Positions 39,360 to 52,295 of a stretch of DNA of 64,000 nucleotides are shown piece by piece. This DNA is from Lama guanicoe (lineage: Eukaryota), in NCBI GenBank assembly GCA_013239625.1, contig MU053934.1, positions 6,714,399-6,778,398 on the forward strand. Direction: 5' to 3'. The position numbers and the translations under genes are program-made. How positions within the stretch are numbered: the first letter of the stretch is position 1; each line of letters begins with the position of its first letter. The notes beneath the pieces were generated by a model that worked only from the letters and a program-made list of their open reading frames with translations, had not been told where the DNA came from and made no database searches.

Positions 39360-39510
39360 TGTGGGCATGCTTCGGGCCAGGCCTGTGCCAGGTAGGCACT
39401 CCGATGAACATGTCTCACAGCAATGCTGTGAGGTGGGCGGAATCATCCATCTCCTTTTATAGCTGGGGAAACTGAGGCACAGAACTTAGGTGACTTGCCC
39501 AGGGTGGCAA
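39360..39510 (-). mobile_element. MIR SINE
   Basis: ttttatagctggggaaactgaggcacagaacttaggtgacttgcccaggg. Confidence 0.8.
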
Positions 39511-42500
39511 GCAGCTGAAGGTTTGGGCTGCCCAATGTCCACTGCTCCAAATTGAAGGATACAACTTCCACTGGGGAACACTGTCACTTCAGGGTGGCCG
39601 TGATGGGATGTGAACCCAGGGAAGCTGACAGCCACAGCCTATGCAGTGGAGGCGCCACTGGACCCTCTTTTGGACTGAGGGGTTTTGTCCCTGGAGTATC
39701 TAGCTTACCTGGCCCTAGGTTCTTCCAGCAGCACCATGCCCTGGTGTTTGTCTCAATAGCTTATGCCCCTCCAAACCAAGGAAATAAATTCAGAGAGGCT
39801 CAGAGACCCATAGAAAATGCACAACCCATGGGGAGCTCTGGATATACAATAAACCGTCTCCCTGGTCACTCAGTGGGGAGGGAGAACAAGACCTTAAGTG
39901 CATACCCTCTGCCCCGCCCCCACCAATGCAGTCCCACAAGCACTAAAACACAACTGGAGCAAATGTCAGCCCTGCTCCCCAGCACTGTCTTCTCCACCCT
40001 AAGGCTGCAAGTGAGAATCAATTAATGAACTGGACCAATTCCCTAATTCATACTAGGTAGTGACTGACGTCTTCCTCTTGATGAGAACTGTATCCATCCT
40101 CCCCTCAAACTGCCCATCATCCTGTATCTCCCTGCCCTCTTCTCAAGAAATGGCATTTTCATCTACCTGGGGCCAGAAACCTGGGGCCACCCCACCTCCT
40201 CACCCACAATGTTCTTCTTGGTCTTCCTATGTCCTTCTCCCAAACACTCGCCACACTGGCTGCCCCATTAGTCTTTAGATTGCACATCAAACCAAGCCTC
40301 TCTCAGCTCCCAGTGGGGAAGGGGGCACCAAACTCCTTGCCCTGGATGGATATCCAGTTTGTCCTTAACTCCATGTCAAATTATTTCCCCAGCAGCTGCT
40401 TAACTGACATCTATCGGATGAAGGGAGGGGTGAAGTCCTGTTCCTTGGCATGTTATTCCAGAATTAGGGAATCTCTGTCCTATCTCCCCAGCCATCATTC
40501 CAGACTCTGGCCTCCCCAGGCTGCCCACGCTCTGGTCTCCATCCCTTTGGCCTGTCTGATGGTGACCCTTGGCCAGGTGTCGTCACTGGTGTGTCATCTG
40601 CTTCCCTATGGCTGGGAGCTTTGAGGACCGGATGGTGTCTGATCTCCATCTACCTCCCTATGTCCATCCCCACAGAGGGCCTAGCCTTCAACTGCTGGAA
40701 GGAGGAAAAGCTTCTCAGGAGGGATGTTTGAGGCACTGGTAGCCCCACATTCATTCCATCAGGAATCAAAGGCAGAGGTAGGGTGCCCCTGGGGGCTCAG
40801 AGACCTCTGTCTCCTCATGGTCCACTGAAGGCTGACCCTCGCAGATCCCTACCTTACTTCCCTTCCCCACTGGTGATGGAGCAGCAAGCACAGGGCGAAC
40901 CAAGCAATTTCCCAGACCTAGTAGGGCTCAGCAAGCCAATTTGAACATACAATAAACCTCTGGCCTCTGCGAGGGGGCACGGCAAACGGAGTGAGCACAG
41001 TGGCTGCTGCAGCCCTCACAGCCACCCACTACCCTGAGCAGACAGCGCGGCTGGCCAGGAGATGCCGCGCACGGCTGCCAAATCCCCAGCTCAGCAGAAA
41101 GCCTCCATTTTGCAGCGAGAAATTAATGAAAGGGAGAAGCCTGGGAAATTACGAGTTGCCACCTGCAATTTCTCCTTCCAAGGAAAGTGGTGCGATGGCT
41201 GATTAAAGCAGCAGCCGCCCTGCCAGGCTGAGCCAGCAGCTGAGAACCTTGTCTGCCTGTTAGGAGACAGGTGGGAAGCAACTGTGGGGGGACCACTAGG
41301 GGACCCTGGGCTTAGACAGCCCCCCCAGAACCTCCAAACTGGGGAAACCTCCAGCTGAAACTTCTGTGCCCCTTCTATCAGCAGGCTGTCAGTGGGCCTC
41401 TCTTGTGAGCCAGAGCCCCATAAACTAAAAGTACCCCACCACCACCCCCAGGTGCTGGGTTCCTTGTAGGTTAGTGGGAAAATTAAGGAAATGGCACTGG
41501 TGGAGCTTCACCCATGCCTAGGGCTGTGCTGGGTACCTTCACCCAGTGAGTCCACAATGCCACTGGGATGGAGCCATTGTAGCCATTTCACAGACCAGAA
41601 AATGGAGGCTCAGAGAGCAACACTTGTCCAAGGCTGATGATGAGAGAGAGCCAGGGGCCAACCCAAGCCATTTGGTGGCAGTAGTAGGACTCCATTGACA
41701 GCAGAGGGCAGCCCCTGAGATGAGCCAAGTGTGGACAGTTGGACAGGACATCCACTGCAGCAGCCACAGCTTGCATCTGGCCAGTGGCATGGAACTGTCA
41801 AATCACAGCCTCCCAGCCTGGTCACCATCCCAAGCCTTTCCTTCCATAATCAAGCCAAGTTCCCAGATTCCTGGCCTACTTTCTGTATCCAGGGCTAGGG
41901 GAGTAGACAGCTCAGAAGGATAACTTCAGAGTCACTGCTCTGGGTCCCACTGCCCCATCTAATCTGACAGGAGCCAGACCATTTCTCCCTTCAAATAGTC
42001 CACAGATCTCTAGCTCCCTCAGATTTCAGCCCTCACCAGGATATGAATTCAGACTAAGGTGTGAATGACTGACACCAGCTTCATCTCCCCTCTGCTAGGA
42101 TTTACATATTCTGAGGCACTAAACTTGACTTCCTAACTGTGAGGATGGTGATTTACAGGGGTGAAGAATCCCCTTGGATGAGAATCTGGAAGCTCCAGCC
42201 CTGGCACCAAGCATCAACCACCATAGAATGGAGCCAACTCAGAGGAAGACCAGGCCTCCTGTGCCAGCTCATTCTCTTTGGCTGTGCATCTTAGGGTAAG
42301 CCTCATGACCTCTCTGAGCCTCAGTCTCCTCTCACTCTCCCCTCCTAACTGGGTGACCCCAGGCAAGTCCCTCAGCCTCCCTTGGCTCCAGCTGGGAGAG
42401 CTGGGAGGCAGTCTGCCGTGGTACCCTTTGGAAGGCAAACTCTGAGGCACCGCTATCTCCCAGCTCCACGGCCCTGGTCGTATATTATTATAATGGCCTT

Positions 42501-42899
42501 GGCCAATAGGGGCGCAGGCTATTAGAATGAGTTAAGACCAGATTAATCTGCTTAAAAAAATATGCCTGGTTTTTACGCTGTGCATTCCCTCCTAACAACT
42601 CAGGCTCCTTCCAAGCCATTATCTCGTTTTATCGTTAATTCAATTCCATAAACATGTATTAAGTGTCTATTATGTGCAGAGCCCTGATCTGGTAGCTGGG
42701 GTGGGGTGAGTGGGCTATGGTGGGGGCAGCCCCAGCCCCCAAGGTGCCTACAGTCAGGCAGGGGGCCCACCTGACCCTCAGATCTCACCATTGGAGCATG
42801 AAATGAGTGAACCAGAGCTTAAAGGAGGGCGATGCTCACCAGCCTGGAGGACCGGGGGTGCTTCCTGGAGGAGGGAGCCCATGAAACTGGGACTGGAGA

Positions 42900-43480
42900 T
42901 AGTAACATGCGGTGTGGACAGAGAGCCTACTAATGTGCAGAGTACTGTTCTTAGCACTTGACACAGAGGAACTCAGTCCTACCAACAACACATGGGGTGG
43001 GCACTAATGTCACCCCCATTTCACTGATGAAGAAATTTAGGCTCAGAGAGGTGACTTATCAGAAGTCCCAAAGCTGGTAAGGGCAAAGCCATGAAATGTA
43101 ATCACAGAGTCGGCATGGACCTCTATGTAGGATCTCCAGTGCCTAGAAGGTGGAGGGCAGGCACATAGTCTCTGGGAATGAATGAAGGAGGGAATGGAGG
43201 AATGAACACTGAGCCTCAGCCATGTGCCAGAACTGAGTTTGGTACTTTCAGGCAGGGCCTTGAAGGATGGTTGGATTTTGGTGAGCAGAGATGAGGCAGG
43301 GCTGAGGGAGGGCGGCTGGGGTAGAAGCAAGACTGTGGAGCCAGTCAGATCGGGGTCCAAATCCTGGCTCCACCTCACTGGCTGGGAGATCACACACTGT
43401 GACTTAACCTCTCTGAGCCTCTGTTTCAACCTCTGAAAATGGGCAGTAATACCTGCCTTGCTAGGCAGAGGTGAGGATGA
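42900..43480. mobile_element. MIR (-) at ~42900-43100 and MIR (+) at ~43330-43480
   Basis: ccccattt...gatgaagaaatttaggctcagagagg, and tggagccagtcag...aaatcctggctccacc...cttaacctctctgagcctctgtttc...aaaatggg. Confidence 0.8.
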
Positions 43481-44289
43481 AATGGGCAGGGACAGCCCAC
43501 TGTGCACCCAGGGTGGACACTGGTGCTTGCAGCCTGGTGTAGAGGGCTGACAGGGCATACCAGAGAGGCCAGCTGGCCCAGACCGCTGGCTTGGGAGGCC
43601 ATGCAGGAACCATGGACCGTGGGCCTCAGAGATGTGGCCAAGGCTGGCCTGGGAGGGGCAGGTAGCACATTCTGTAAGTGAGAGACCGCCAAAGAGGGAC
43701 CCAGCAAATGCTGCGTAGCAGTCACTGGGCTCCTTCTCAGTTCTTCTCCAAGGATATATAGACAGCAAACAATCCCCAGGTCCCCCATCTGCCCTGTCAG
43801 CCTGGAAGGAACAGGGTGGAGACTGGACGGACAGAAACAAGGGGCTGCGAAGCCTGGAAGCTGCCAGAAACCAGAGCCCACAGCGGCCACATGCCAGGAC
43901 CACAGCAACAGGCCACATGCCAGGAGCTTCAATCCATCACCCAGGTCCTCCGCAGCCACCCATGGCCTGGCTCACTTCCCCTGCCTCCTTCCTTACCATT
44001 CCCTTTCCTCTTGCCCCTGGCAGCTCCCAGGTTCCTGAGCCTCCCCACTCCCCAGTTCAGGAGTTCCCACCCCGACCCCACCCTCTACCATTCCAGACCT
44101 CTATCTGCACAGCTCGCAGAGCCAGCAGTGCCCTTCTGGTTCTCTCTTTGCCCTCCTTCCAGTCTCACTTCAGACACTTTTTCCTCTGCAAAACCTTCTG
44201 TGTGACCCCACCCCTGGCCACAAACATGGGGGTGGGTCCTCTACATTCTCCTTCACACTTCCCTCGGTGGAAACAGAGCAGCAAGTGAC

Positions 44290-44465
44290 AAGGAATGCAG
44301 CTTTGAGTTCAAGTCTCACTTTTCATGAACTGGTTGTAAGTTATGCCACCTCTCTGAGCCTTGTTCTTATCTGTAAAATGGGGTAATACTGGCACCTCAA
44401 AGTGTGCTGATACAGATGAAATAAGCAAATTTTAAGAAAATTGCTTGGAATAGTGCCTAGCCTTT
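44290..44465 (+). mobile_element. MIR SINE
   Basis: cctctctgagcc...atctgtaaaatggggtaata...gcttggaatagtgcct. Confidence 0.75.
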
Positions 44466-44589
44466 GTCACCATCTTCACTATCAGGATGCTCTAAAGTTG
44501 CTGTCCATAGGGCTAACTCCTCACTGATCCTAACCTCCATCTCTCCCAGTCCTGTCTCCCCAGTGCCCTGAACAGGGCCTGATGCCCAG

Positions 44590-45480
44590 CAGCTGCTGGA
44601 TCAAAGGGCAGAACAATCAACTCCACCTGGATCAGCCAGAAAGGATTTGTAGAAAAAGTGGTATCCACTGAGGTTTTGAAGGCAGCATAGGAGTTCACCA
44701 AGTAAAGGGCACCAACAAGGAGGAAACTCCAGGCAGAGAGAACTGTTTCATTTAGACCCAACAGGCCTTGAATGCTACACTGAATGTGGACTTCATCCTA
44801 GGGGCAGTGGGAAGCAAATTTTTAAATTAGGGCTATGACAGTCACATGACACTCATTCACCAAAGATTTGCTGAGGGCCTACTACGTACCAGGTACTGGG
44901 GATGCATTTGGAAACAAGATGAATGTGGTCTTGGGGCCATAGAACTGATGTTCCAGCGGGGGAAGACAAGACAGTAACAGAGAATCTCATAAATAATTCA
45001 TTGATTCCAGCTGTCTAGAGGGTTCAGCTGGGGAGAAGGGGTGCTGTGAGACCACTGACAATGACAGGAATTCAGCCTGGTGTGGGTGGGAGCTCTGAGG
45101 AAGTGGGGCTTCAGCCAGACCTTAACGACAGGGCATTAGCAGACAGAGGAGGGGACAGAGCATGAAGAGAACATTCCAGGCAGTGTGAGTAGCACAGGCA
45201 AAACCCCTGAGGTGGGAAGGAGTGTGGCCCGTGGGAGGAAGTGGCGGCCGGTGTGGCTGGAACATGATGATGGAGCACCAGGTGGCAATGGACCCAGAGC
45301 GGCAGGGCCTGTGGGCTGAGGGGAGCAGTTTGGGTTTTATCTCCCAGGCAACGGGCAGCCAGACCAGGAGCCTGAAAATGGAAGATTGCCAGGTCCTGGT
45401 CACCCTGCAAATTCTTGGACAGGGAGAAATGAATCAGCCCCAATAGGTAGATTTGTGGTTTAGGAAGACCACACTGAGAG
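44590..45480 (-). mobile_element. L2 fragments
   Basis: actcattcaccaaagatttgctgagggcctactacgtaccagg (L2 tail, antisense), and gaagagaacattccaggcag...cacaggcaaaacccctgaggtgggaaggag...gtttgggttttatc. Confidence 0.75.
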
Positions 45481-48400
45481 CTCGGGAGAGGCCGGGACCC
45501 CCGCCCCAGCCCAGCCCGCATGCCCGCCCTCTCTCCTCCCCGGCAGAGCGGCCACAGGCAGATTGATGAGGCAGAGACTCGATCCGTCTTGAGTTTAGCT
45601 CAGCTTCTGGCTGCGTCTTGGGTGACAGTGGCTCATCAATACTTGAAAAATACAGCCTGGAGGGCGGACCAATTAGGAGCTACCCAGGGCTGGCCAGAGT
45701 GGGGTCCGTGGACACGTGAGTGCGGGAAGCGGGGAGAGGTGGCCAGGTCACTGGGCTGCTGGTCCAGGACCCGCAAGCCAGCTCACCACAGTGGGCTCCA
45801 GGCAGGAGGCCCAGCAGGGCCAGCAACTGGACCTGCAGTCAGGGAAACAGAGAGGACTGCCTGAATGCTTCATCTCTTAGCACCAAGACCAGGCCCGAGA
45901 CCCTCATGCCCCCGTGCAGGGGTGAGGGGAGGCACTGGGTGGTGTGTCATAAGAATGGGTGCACTGGCTCTCACACCCCATCACTGGAAGGCCGTGGGGA
46001 GGGGCCCTTGGCCTCTCCATGCCTGTTTCCTTATCAGAGAAACGGGAACATCCCTGCCTCAGAGGGAGGTTGCTAGGCTCAAACCAGATTCTAGAGTGAC
46101 TTTCAAAAGGCCCTGAGGATCGGGCTCTCCTTCAGCCGCTGTGAGCACAGGGGGTGCCCTTGGTGCCCCTCCCAGTGTCACACGACCAAGTCTTGGGCAG
46201 GCGTGGGTGCAGCAAGCTCAGCCAGACCCGAGTACAGCTAAGGAACCTGCTGGGTGCCTCAGTCTCCTCCCCCACAAAACGAGAATAAAAACATCCTCAG
46301 ACCAGGGCTGTGGCGTCGGGCAAGTGCAAGAATGTGTAATCCCAGGCACCCTGCAGGGCACAGAACCTGCCACTTGTCCTCCTGACTCTGCCTCTTTTCC
46401 GTCTTTCTCCTGTAACCCCGAGGCACAGCCCTGTACATTCAAGACAGACCTAGCCTCCTAGGCACATGGTTACCCAGAAACTAGGACTCAGAAGGGTCTC
46501 CTTCCTGAAGTGGGTACTGAGACTCTAGGGCTTTGCGTTTTAGAAGGGGAACTTGGACAGGGCAATGGTTATACCAAAGGAATGTATCCTTAATGGTAAA
46601 ATTTCTGCCAACAGGCACAGACAAGGAAGGAAGACACTGAGGGTTGAGGAAGGTCTTTCCTAGGACTTTGAAGTCACCTTGCAGAGATGGGCAGTATTTA
46701 TAGGGTACGTACTATGCGGCTGGCAAGATACCAGGCACTGGGGCCATAGAGAAAATGGAGACTCTCCAATGCCTAGGAGGTGTCCATCATGAATAAATGA
46801 ACAAGTGATTGGAGGTTAAAGCACCAAGGACCCCACCACTGGCTGCCTCCTGCTGGTCAGTAGGTTGCCTGCCTAGCACCAGGACAGCACACGCAGCCAT
46901 GGCCCTGCCTGGTCTGGCCAGACTCTGCTAGGAATGGCATCCTAATGGCACAGCAGAAGAGATGGGTTCCTTGGATGGACTTGACCTTCCTAATGAGGGT
47001 CTGACAAAGCCAGGCCAGGTGGGGTCCCAGGCCCTAGAAGAATCCATGAAAGAAACTGTGAAGGTGAGTACAGGGGACCAAGGTTTGGGGGTGCTTCAAT
47101 TCTGGAATCCACTCTCCCTGCCCTGGCAAAACCACTGTTGGGACCCAAGCCCAAGATGACGGTCTTATTCACGGTCACCACCATCCTTACTGCCATTCCC
47201 CGGTGTATGGTACACCCCATGGGGACAGACAGCCCATGGCCGCCCTGGTTCAGCCATCACTGCTGCGAAGTCCCACTCCTCCCGCTCCTGCTCTGAGCCT
47301 CAAGCCCCTCATCTGAAAGGCATAAATGGTCATCCAAGCCATGAAAAGCCACGAGGCTACAGACCCCTGGAAGCTCACAGAGTGCCTCCTTCTCCTCCCA
47401 GGGTCTAAGCAGCCGGTGAGGGCATGGGCTGCCCAGCTCCTGGCCTCAAACCTACCCACACCCACATCTTAATGCCAGTCCACATTGCTCAGAGGAAAGG
47501 TGCCCAGAGGACAGCTGGATGTGGAGATGGGTATCAGGGGTGGATCATAATTCCCTGTCCACAAATGTTCAAGACAACCAGGTTCTTGCAAACTTCCCAG
47601 CTCAGGCCTCCCTGCCTGGCTCAAACCACCACCACCACCAAATAAGAGGCCCCTGGACAGGCTTCTTAACATCTCTGAGCCTCGGCTTCCCCACCTGGGC
47701 GTGCAGGTGACAACGCCCTCCTATGGGTAGTGCCCAGCACATCCTTGGTGCCTTGTGCTTAACGGGTCTATGCTGAGTGGAGATGGCTCCTGGGGCGTGA
47801 GGCGACCCCCAGGTCCACGGCAGGACTTTAGTCTCAATGCTGCTGACTCCCTGGGGCCGATGGTGTGCGGTCACCCAGGTAAGTTACCAAAGGCTTCCGA
47901 AAGCCCAAGTTGGCCTGGAATCACCCAGTGCAATACGGCATTCTCTCCCCTTGTTGGAGAGGACCTCACAGCTGCACATGGAGCCCTGCCCAGCACGCAC
48001 TCTCCTTCTCACCCCTCTAGGCCTCATTCACACTGCTCCTGCCTCCTAGGTCCCCCCTCACATCTAACTCCATCAGGCAAAATCCTGCTACACTTCTTGC
48101 CTTAAACACACCACCACCTCCTCTAGAGGTTTCCTTGATCATTTGTCAGAATTCTTCTTGCTTCCTCTGGACCCCTCCAGGGCTCTGTCAGGGCCCTGAC
48201 TTTAACCTTGGATAACTCCTGGGTACCCGAGATTCACAGCAGCCTATACAGCATTCTGTTCTGTGAACACAGAGACCTTAGTCTCAAATCAGGATCTCTT
48301 CACGTGCTGTTCCTTCTTCCTAAAATGCTCTTCCCCAAGACCTATGCATGGCAGTCTCCTTCCTGACTGTCAGCTAAAATGTCACCCTCTCAGGGAATGG

Positions 48401-51400
48401 CAGGGGCTCTGTCTGTTGTGTTCAGCGCTATATAGTGGATACGGGGCAGCAGGGTCGCCGCATTCCTGAGGGGCTCCAGGTTCCTACTGAGGCTGCCCCA
48501 CCAAGGGTCCTGCAGGGTCTCCCCAATATGGGCGGGAGACATCTCCACTAACCCAAGGACCTAAAGACAGACACGGAGGCAACGTGGTGCGTAGCTGGAA
48601 GTGGCCGGGAACCCATCTCTTCTGGATGTGTGCTCCGGGGCAGACGCCTAATGTGAATCGTTTCTGTCATCAGGACACGGAGGGGCTTGACACAGACCAG
48701 CTGCTGCTGCTGAGGGACAGGCTGCTGGAGCGCCGATGGGCTCTCAGCAAAATTGATGACCGTTGTCAGAAAATGATTTCCCCATGGCCCAATGCAAGCC
48801 CTCGGAGGAGCTCCAAGCCCAGGCAGCGATGCCTCCTGGGGCGGGTGGGCGGGCAGCCAGGCAGGCAGCCAGGCAGGCGGCCCGCACCTGGCCCAGCTGT
48901 TTCCCAGGGCCAAGGAGCCTGCAATCCTCAGGCGAGAAGAGGAGCCAGCAGGGCCCAAACCCGGGAGGCCCGCACCCAGGGGCGGTGGGGCAGCAGGGAG
49001 CCCTGCCTCCCCCCAGATGAGAGTGGGGCTTCCTTCCCATATCCTTCTTACTCTTTTCTGTACATCCAAGCCCAGTGCAGAGCCTGGCACAGCGTAAGTA
49101 CCCAGTGAATGTGGAATTAATGAGCAAATAGATGACAATTCTAGAAAGCTTCAGAGGATACTAGACCAGCATCTGGAGAAGGGATCTGCCAAGTGGACAA
49201 AAAGGACAGGGCATGGGAAGCTGGCCACCCAGCGTCCACCCAGTGCCCACCCACCCATGTATCTACCCAGTGAGGGAGGGAGGGTGGGAAATGGCAGAAT
49301 AAGACCCCCATCACGGCCCACCCTGGACCAGAACCCCCTGGCACAGTCTTCAGCTCACTCCAGAGGCAGCCAGGTGGAGGAGAGAGGGTGTCCAGGCAGA
49401 GGGAAGCATGCAAAGATACAAAGACAAGATGTCGCACAAGGGGAGGGGCTGAGCCTTTGTCCTGAACATCAGGTGTCCCTGGGCAGGTTCTGGAATAGGA
49501 GTGACCAGGCCACATATGCATGCCAGAAAGGTCAGCGAGTACCAACAGGACAAGGCTGCAAAGTGCCATGCAGGCTTCTGGGGTCGGGGTAGTGATGAGG
49601 AGATGCCCAGAGGAGGCTTCCAAACGCTGACCCCGTGAAAATGTGACATCCATAAGTGCATGTGTGTGGGAGTCTCACCTCAGCTCTGACCTCTGGATTC
49701 TTGGGTCCTTCATTTCACCCACCCCCAGGGCCCCTTTCCAGCCAGGGTACACTGTAGCCACTCAATAAATACAGAGTGACCTACACATTAACCTATCAGT
49801 GCCAGGAGGGTCAGGAGAGCTTGGAAGGGTGAGGTGGTCAGAGGCTCCCCACCTGTGTGTGCCCTGGCCCATCCAAACCTCGCCTGCTTCCCCCTCGGTG
49901 CCCATCCTGCACGGTGCCCTCTGACCTAAAGGCCATCTCTTCCTATCTGGCCAACTCTTCTCTCAAGACAGCCCAAACAGCCCCGTTCCCAGGAAGCCTC
50001 CATTGACCGCAGGGCTGGGTACTGACCCACCCCAGCACTGAGCCCCTGGGTGGGGACATTACTCACACATACACTCCAGTGCTGCTGGTGAGCCCCTCAA
50101 GGGCAGGGCCACATCTGGCCATCACAGGTGCCGAGGGCCCTGTCCAGCCCTGATACCAAGCAGGGGCCCCAAAACTATGGGCCAGGAAATGCGGTGTGTG
50201 GAGAGGAAAGGAGAGGTGATGAGAACACAGACTCCCTTGGCCAGGAATCCTCCATGCTGGCTGCCAGGAGCCTCAGGGGCAGCCCAGGCAGAACGCCCTC
50301 CCTCCAAAGACACAAAGCCACACCTGTGCCAAGGCCAGAACACAACCAGTGAAAACCTCAGTCCCAGCCAAAGATCAGCACCCCTGCTCACCTCTGCTGC
50401 ACCTCCTTCCAAAATATGTAAGGCAATAGCTTTTACCTCCCACAGCTCCCCACTGCTCCTGGAGCCCAAGAGAACAAATGCTCACATCAACCTATTATTA
50501 ATTGCTCCATTTGGCAGATGAGGAAAGCAAGGCCCAAAGACATCATCTTTCCTGATCCTCTGCCCAAGGGAAGAGCAACTCTTGACTACGAGGGGCTCCC
50601 AGAGGGACTGGAACCATCTCGGATTATTTCCACCTCACACCCAGCCCTCTCCAGCCCATCTTTTCTTTCTGAAACCAGGATCTGATCACATCAGTCCCTT
50701 ACTTGAGTGCCATCGATGGCTCCCACTGCCTCCTGGACCACATCCAAACTCCTTAGTTTCCAATCCCTCTGGGACTGGCACCTGTGGAACTTTCTGGTAT
50801 CACCCCCGTCACTTTACTGCAGGCACAGCCAAATATCACCTTTCCCCCAAAGGACAGGTGTCCCTTCCCACTTCTGAGTCTCTGTGCCCAACCTCTTCTC
50901 TCCCTGGAAAGTCCCTTCCTGCCCCCTTCCCTGCCAAGTGGGCTGTGACCCAGCCTTAAGGCATCAACGGTCTCACGCCCTGAACAATCCTCCCAGACAC
51001 CCCCAATCCCCAGGAGCAGTGGCTGCACCATCTCTTTGCTCCTCCAGCCCACTGAGCGCTCATCATTCTCGGCCCTACCCAACTCACCCCCCCTTCCCCA
51101 CCCGCCCTCACTTGGCACACCCTCGACATTTGCTGAAATGAATAAATTATCCCATTTAGTCACAGAGCACGCCCAGCTCGAATGTCAGCAGTTCAGCCAA
51201 GAGCCCTCGTGTGAAAATCACCACAATGAAGGTGGCAGTATTTCACCTCGCCCAGGAATTTACTGCAAGTTCTCGAGTCTCACCAGAGTGTGTGTTTGTG
51301 TTGGGGCGGGGTGGGGGGAGTGGTTCTGGGTGACAAAGCTTCAGTTTAAACAGAGAGGGCAGAAAATCTCCTCAAAATGTATCAGGCCCATCACCCTCAC

Positions 51401-52029
51401 CCAGGCCCCTCCTGACTGTCACCTCATTAGCACCTCACCACCCTGCGACGTAGGTAGGCAGGGAAAAACCACCCCCATTTCACTGAGGTGGAAACTGAGG
51501 CTTAGAGAGGCCAAGAGACCAGTGGATAGTGTCAAGCCACAAATGAAGGGCTCTGCTTTTTTCTCCCTGTTGGGTCCGGGCAGCGGTGGGGCACCTGGTT
51601 GGGGGGGATCTGTGGGCCGTTCCTAAGGCCTAGAGGAGGAAGGAGGAGCCAAGGTGGGCACAGGGTGACCCCTCCTTCACAGACCTGAAGAGAAAAATGG
51701 CAGCAAGCCTGCAGGGCCCAATTAGGTATCTAGCTTCAAAGGCATCCATAAGCCAAGAGGAGCCAGATCCCACTCGAGCTACCGGGCAGGGAACCATCCC
51801 ATCTCCATGCCATGCATGCCTCCCATCCCTTGGCAGCCCTGTTGGCCACACTCCCAGAACCCCATGGGGCAGCCTGGGCCCCAGTGTAGAGGCCCCTACC
51901 GGCCCTAGCACAGAGCATGTGCCGGGAGGCTTGGGCCCTGACCCCACCACCACCCGCAGCCTGCTTACCTGCCAGAGGCCGGGGCCATGGCCACAGGCCC
52001 TGCTGGGGCATCCCAGGCCCCACCCTACT

Positions 52030-52295
52030 CACCAGGCCTTATTTGCATATGCTAATTAGCTGCACATCCCTTGCTCCCCTTGCCAGCTTGTTTGGGGAAC
52101 GGCTGGATCTGGCTATACCTGTACCGTGCTGATGTCACGCCGAGCTATTTCCAGCCTGGTTGCCATGGAAACCACAAGGCCTCAGCTCCAGTTAGGAGTT
52201 CAATATATAATTTACTTACTCCCTCATCCCCCAGCCCCACCCCAAAGAGACTGGGGCGAATGGGGAACAATTGGCTAAAATATACAATAATACCC
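52030..52295. promoter_or_regulatory. Candidate neural enhancer (POU + homeodomain + CRE + RFX + SOX motifs)
   Basis: ATTTGCATATGCTAAT at 52041-52056, GCTAATTAGC at 52051-52060, TGATGTCA at 52130-52137, GTTGCCATGGAAAC at 52159-52172 and AACAAT at 52266-52271. Confidence 0.55.

Noticed and set aside
42900..43480. Oppositely oriented MIR pair as a dsRNA/hairpin source
   Set aside because: The copies are too diverged for stable pairing, and such pairs are expected at this MIR density.
43043..43959. 291-aa ORF (-) and overlapping ORFs
   Set aside because: They run through MIR/L2 sequence (e.g. QRLREVK is translated MIR core) and show no protein-family features.
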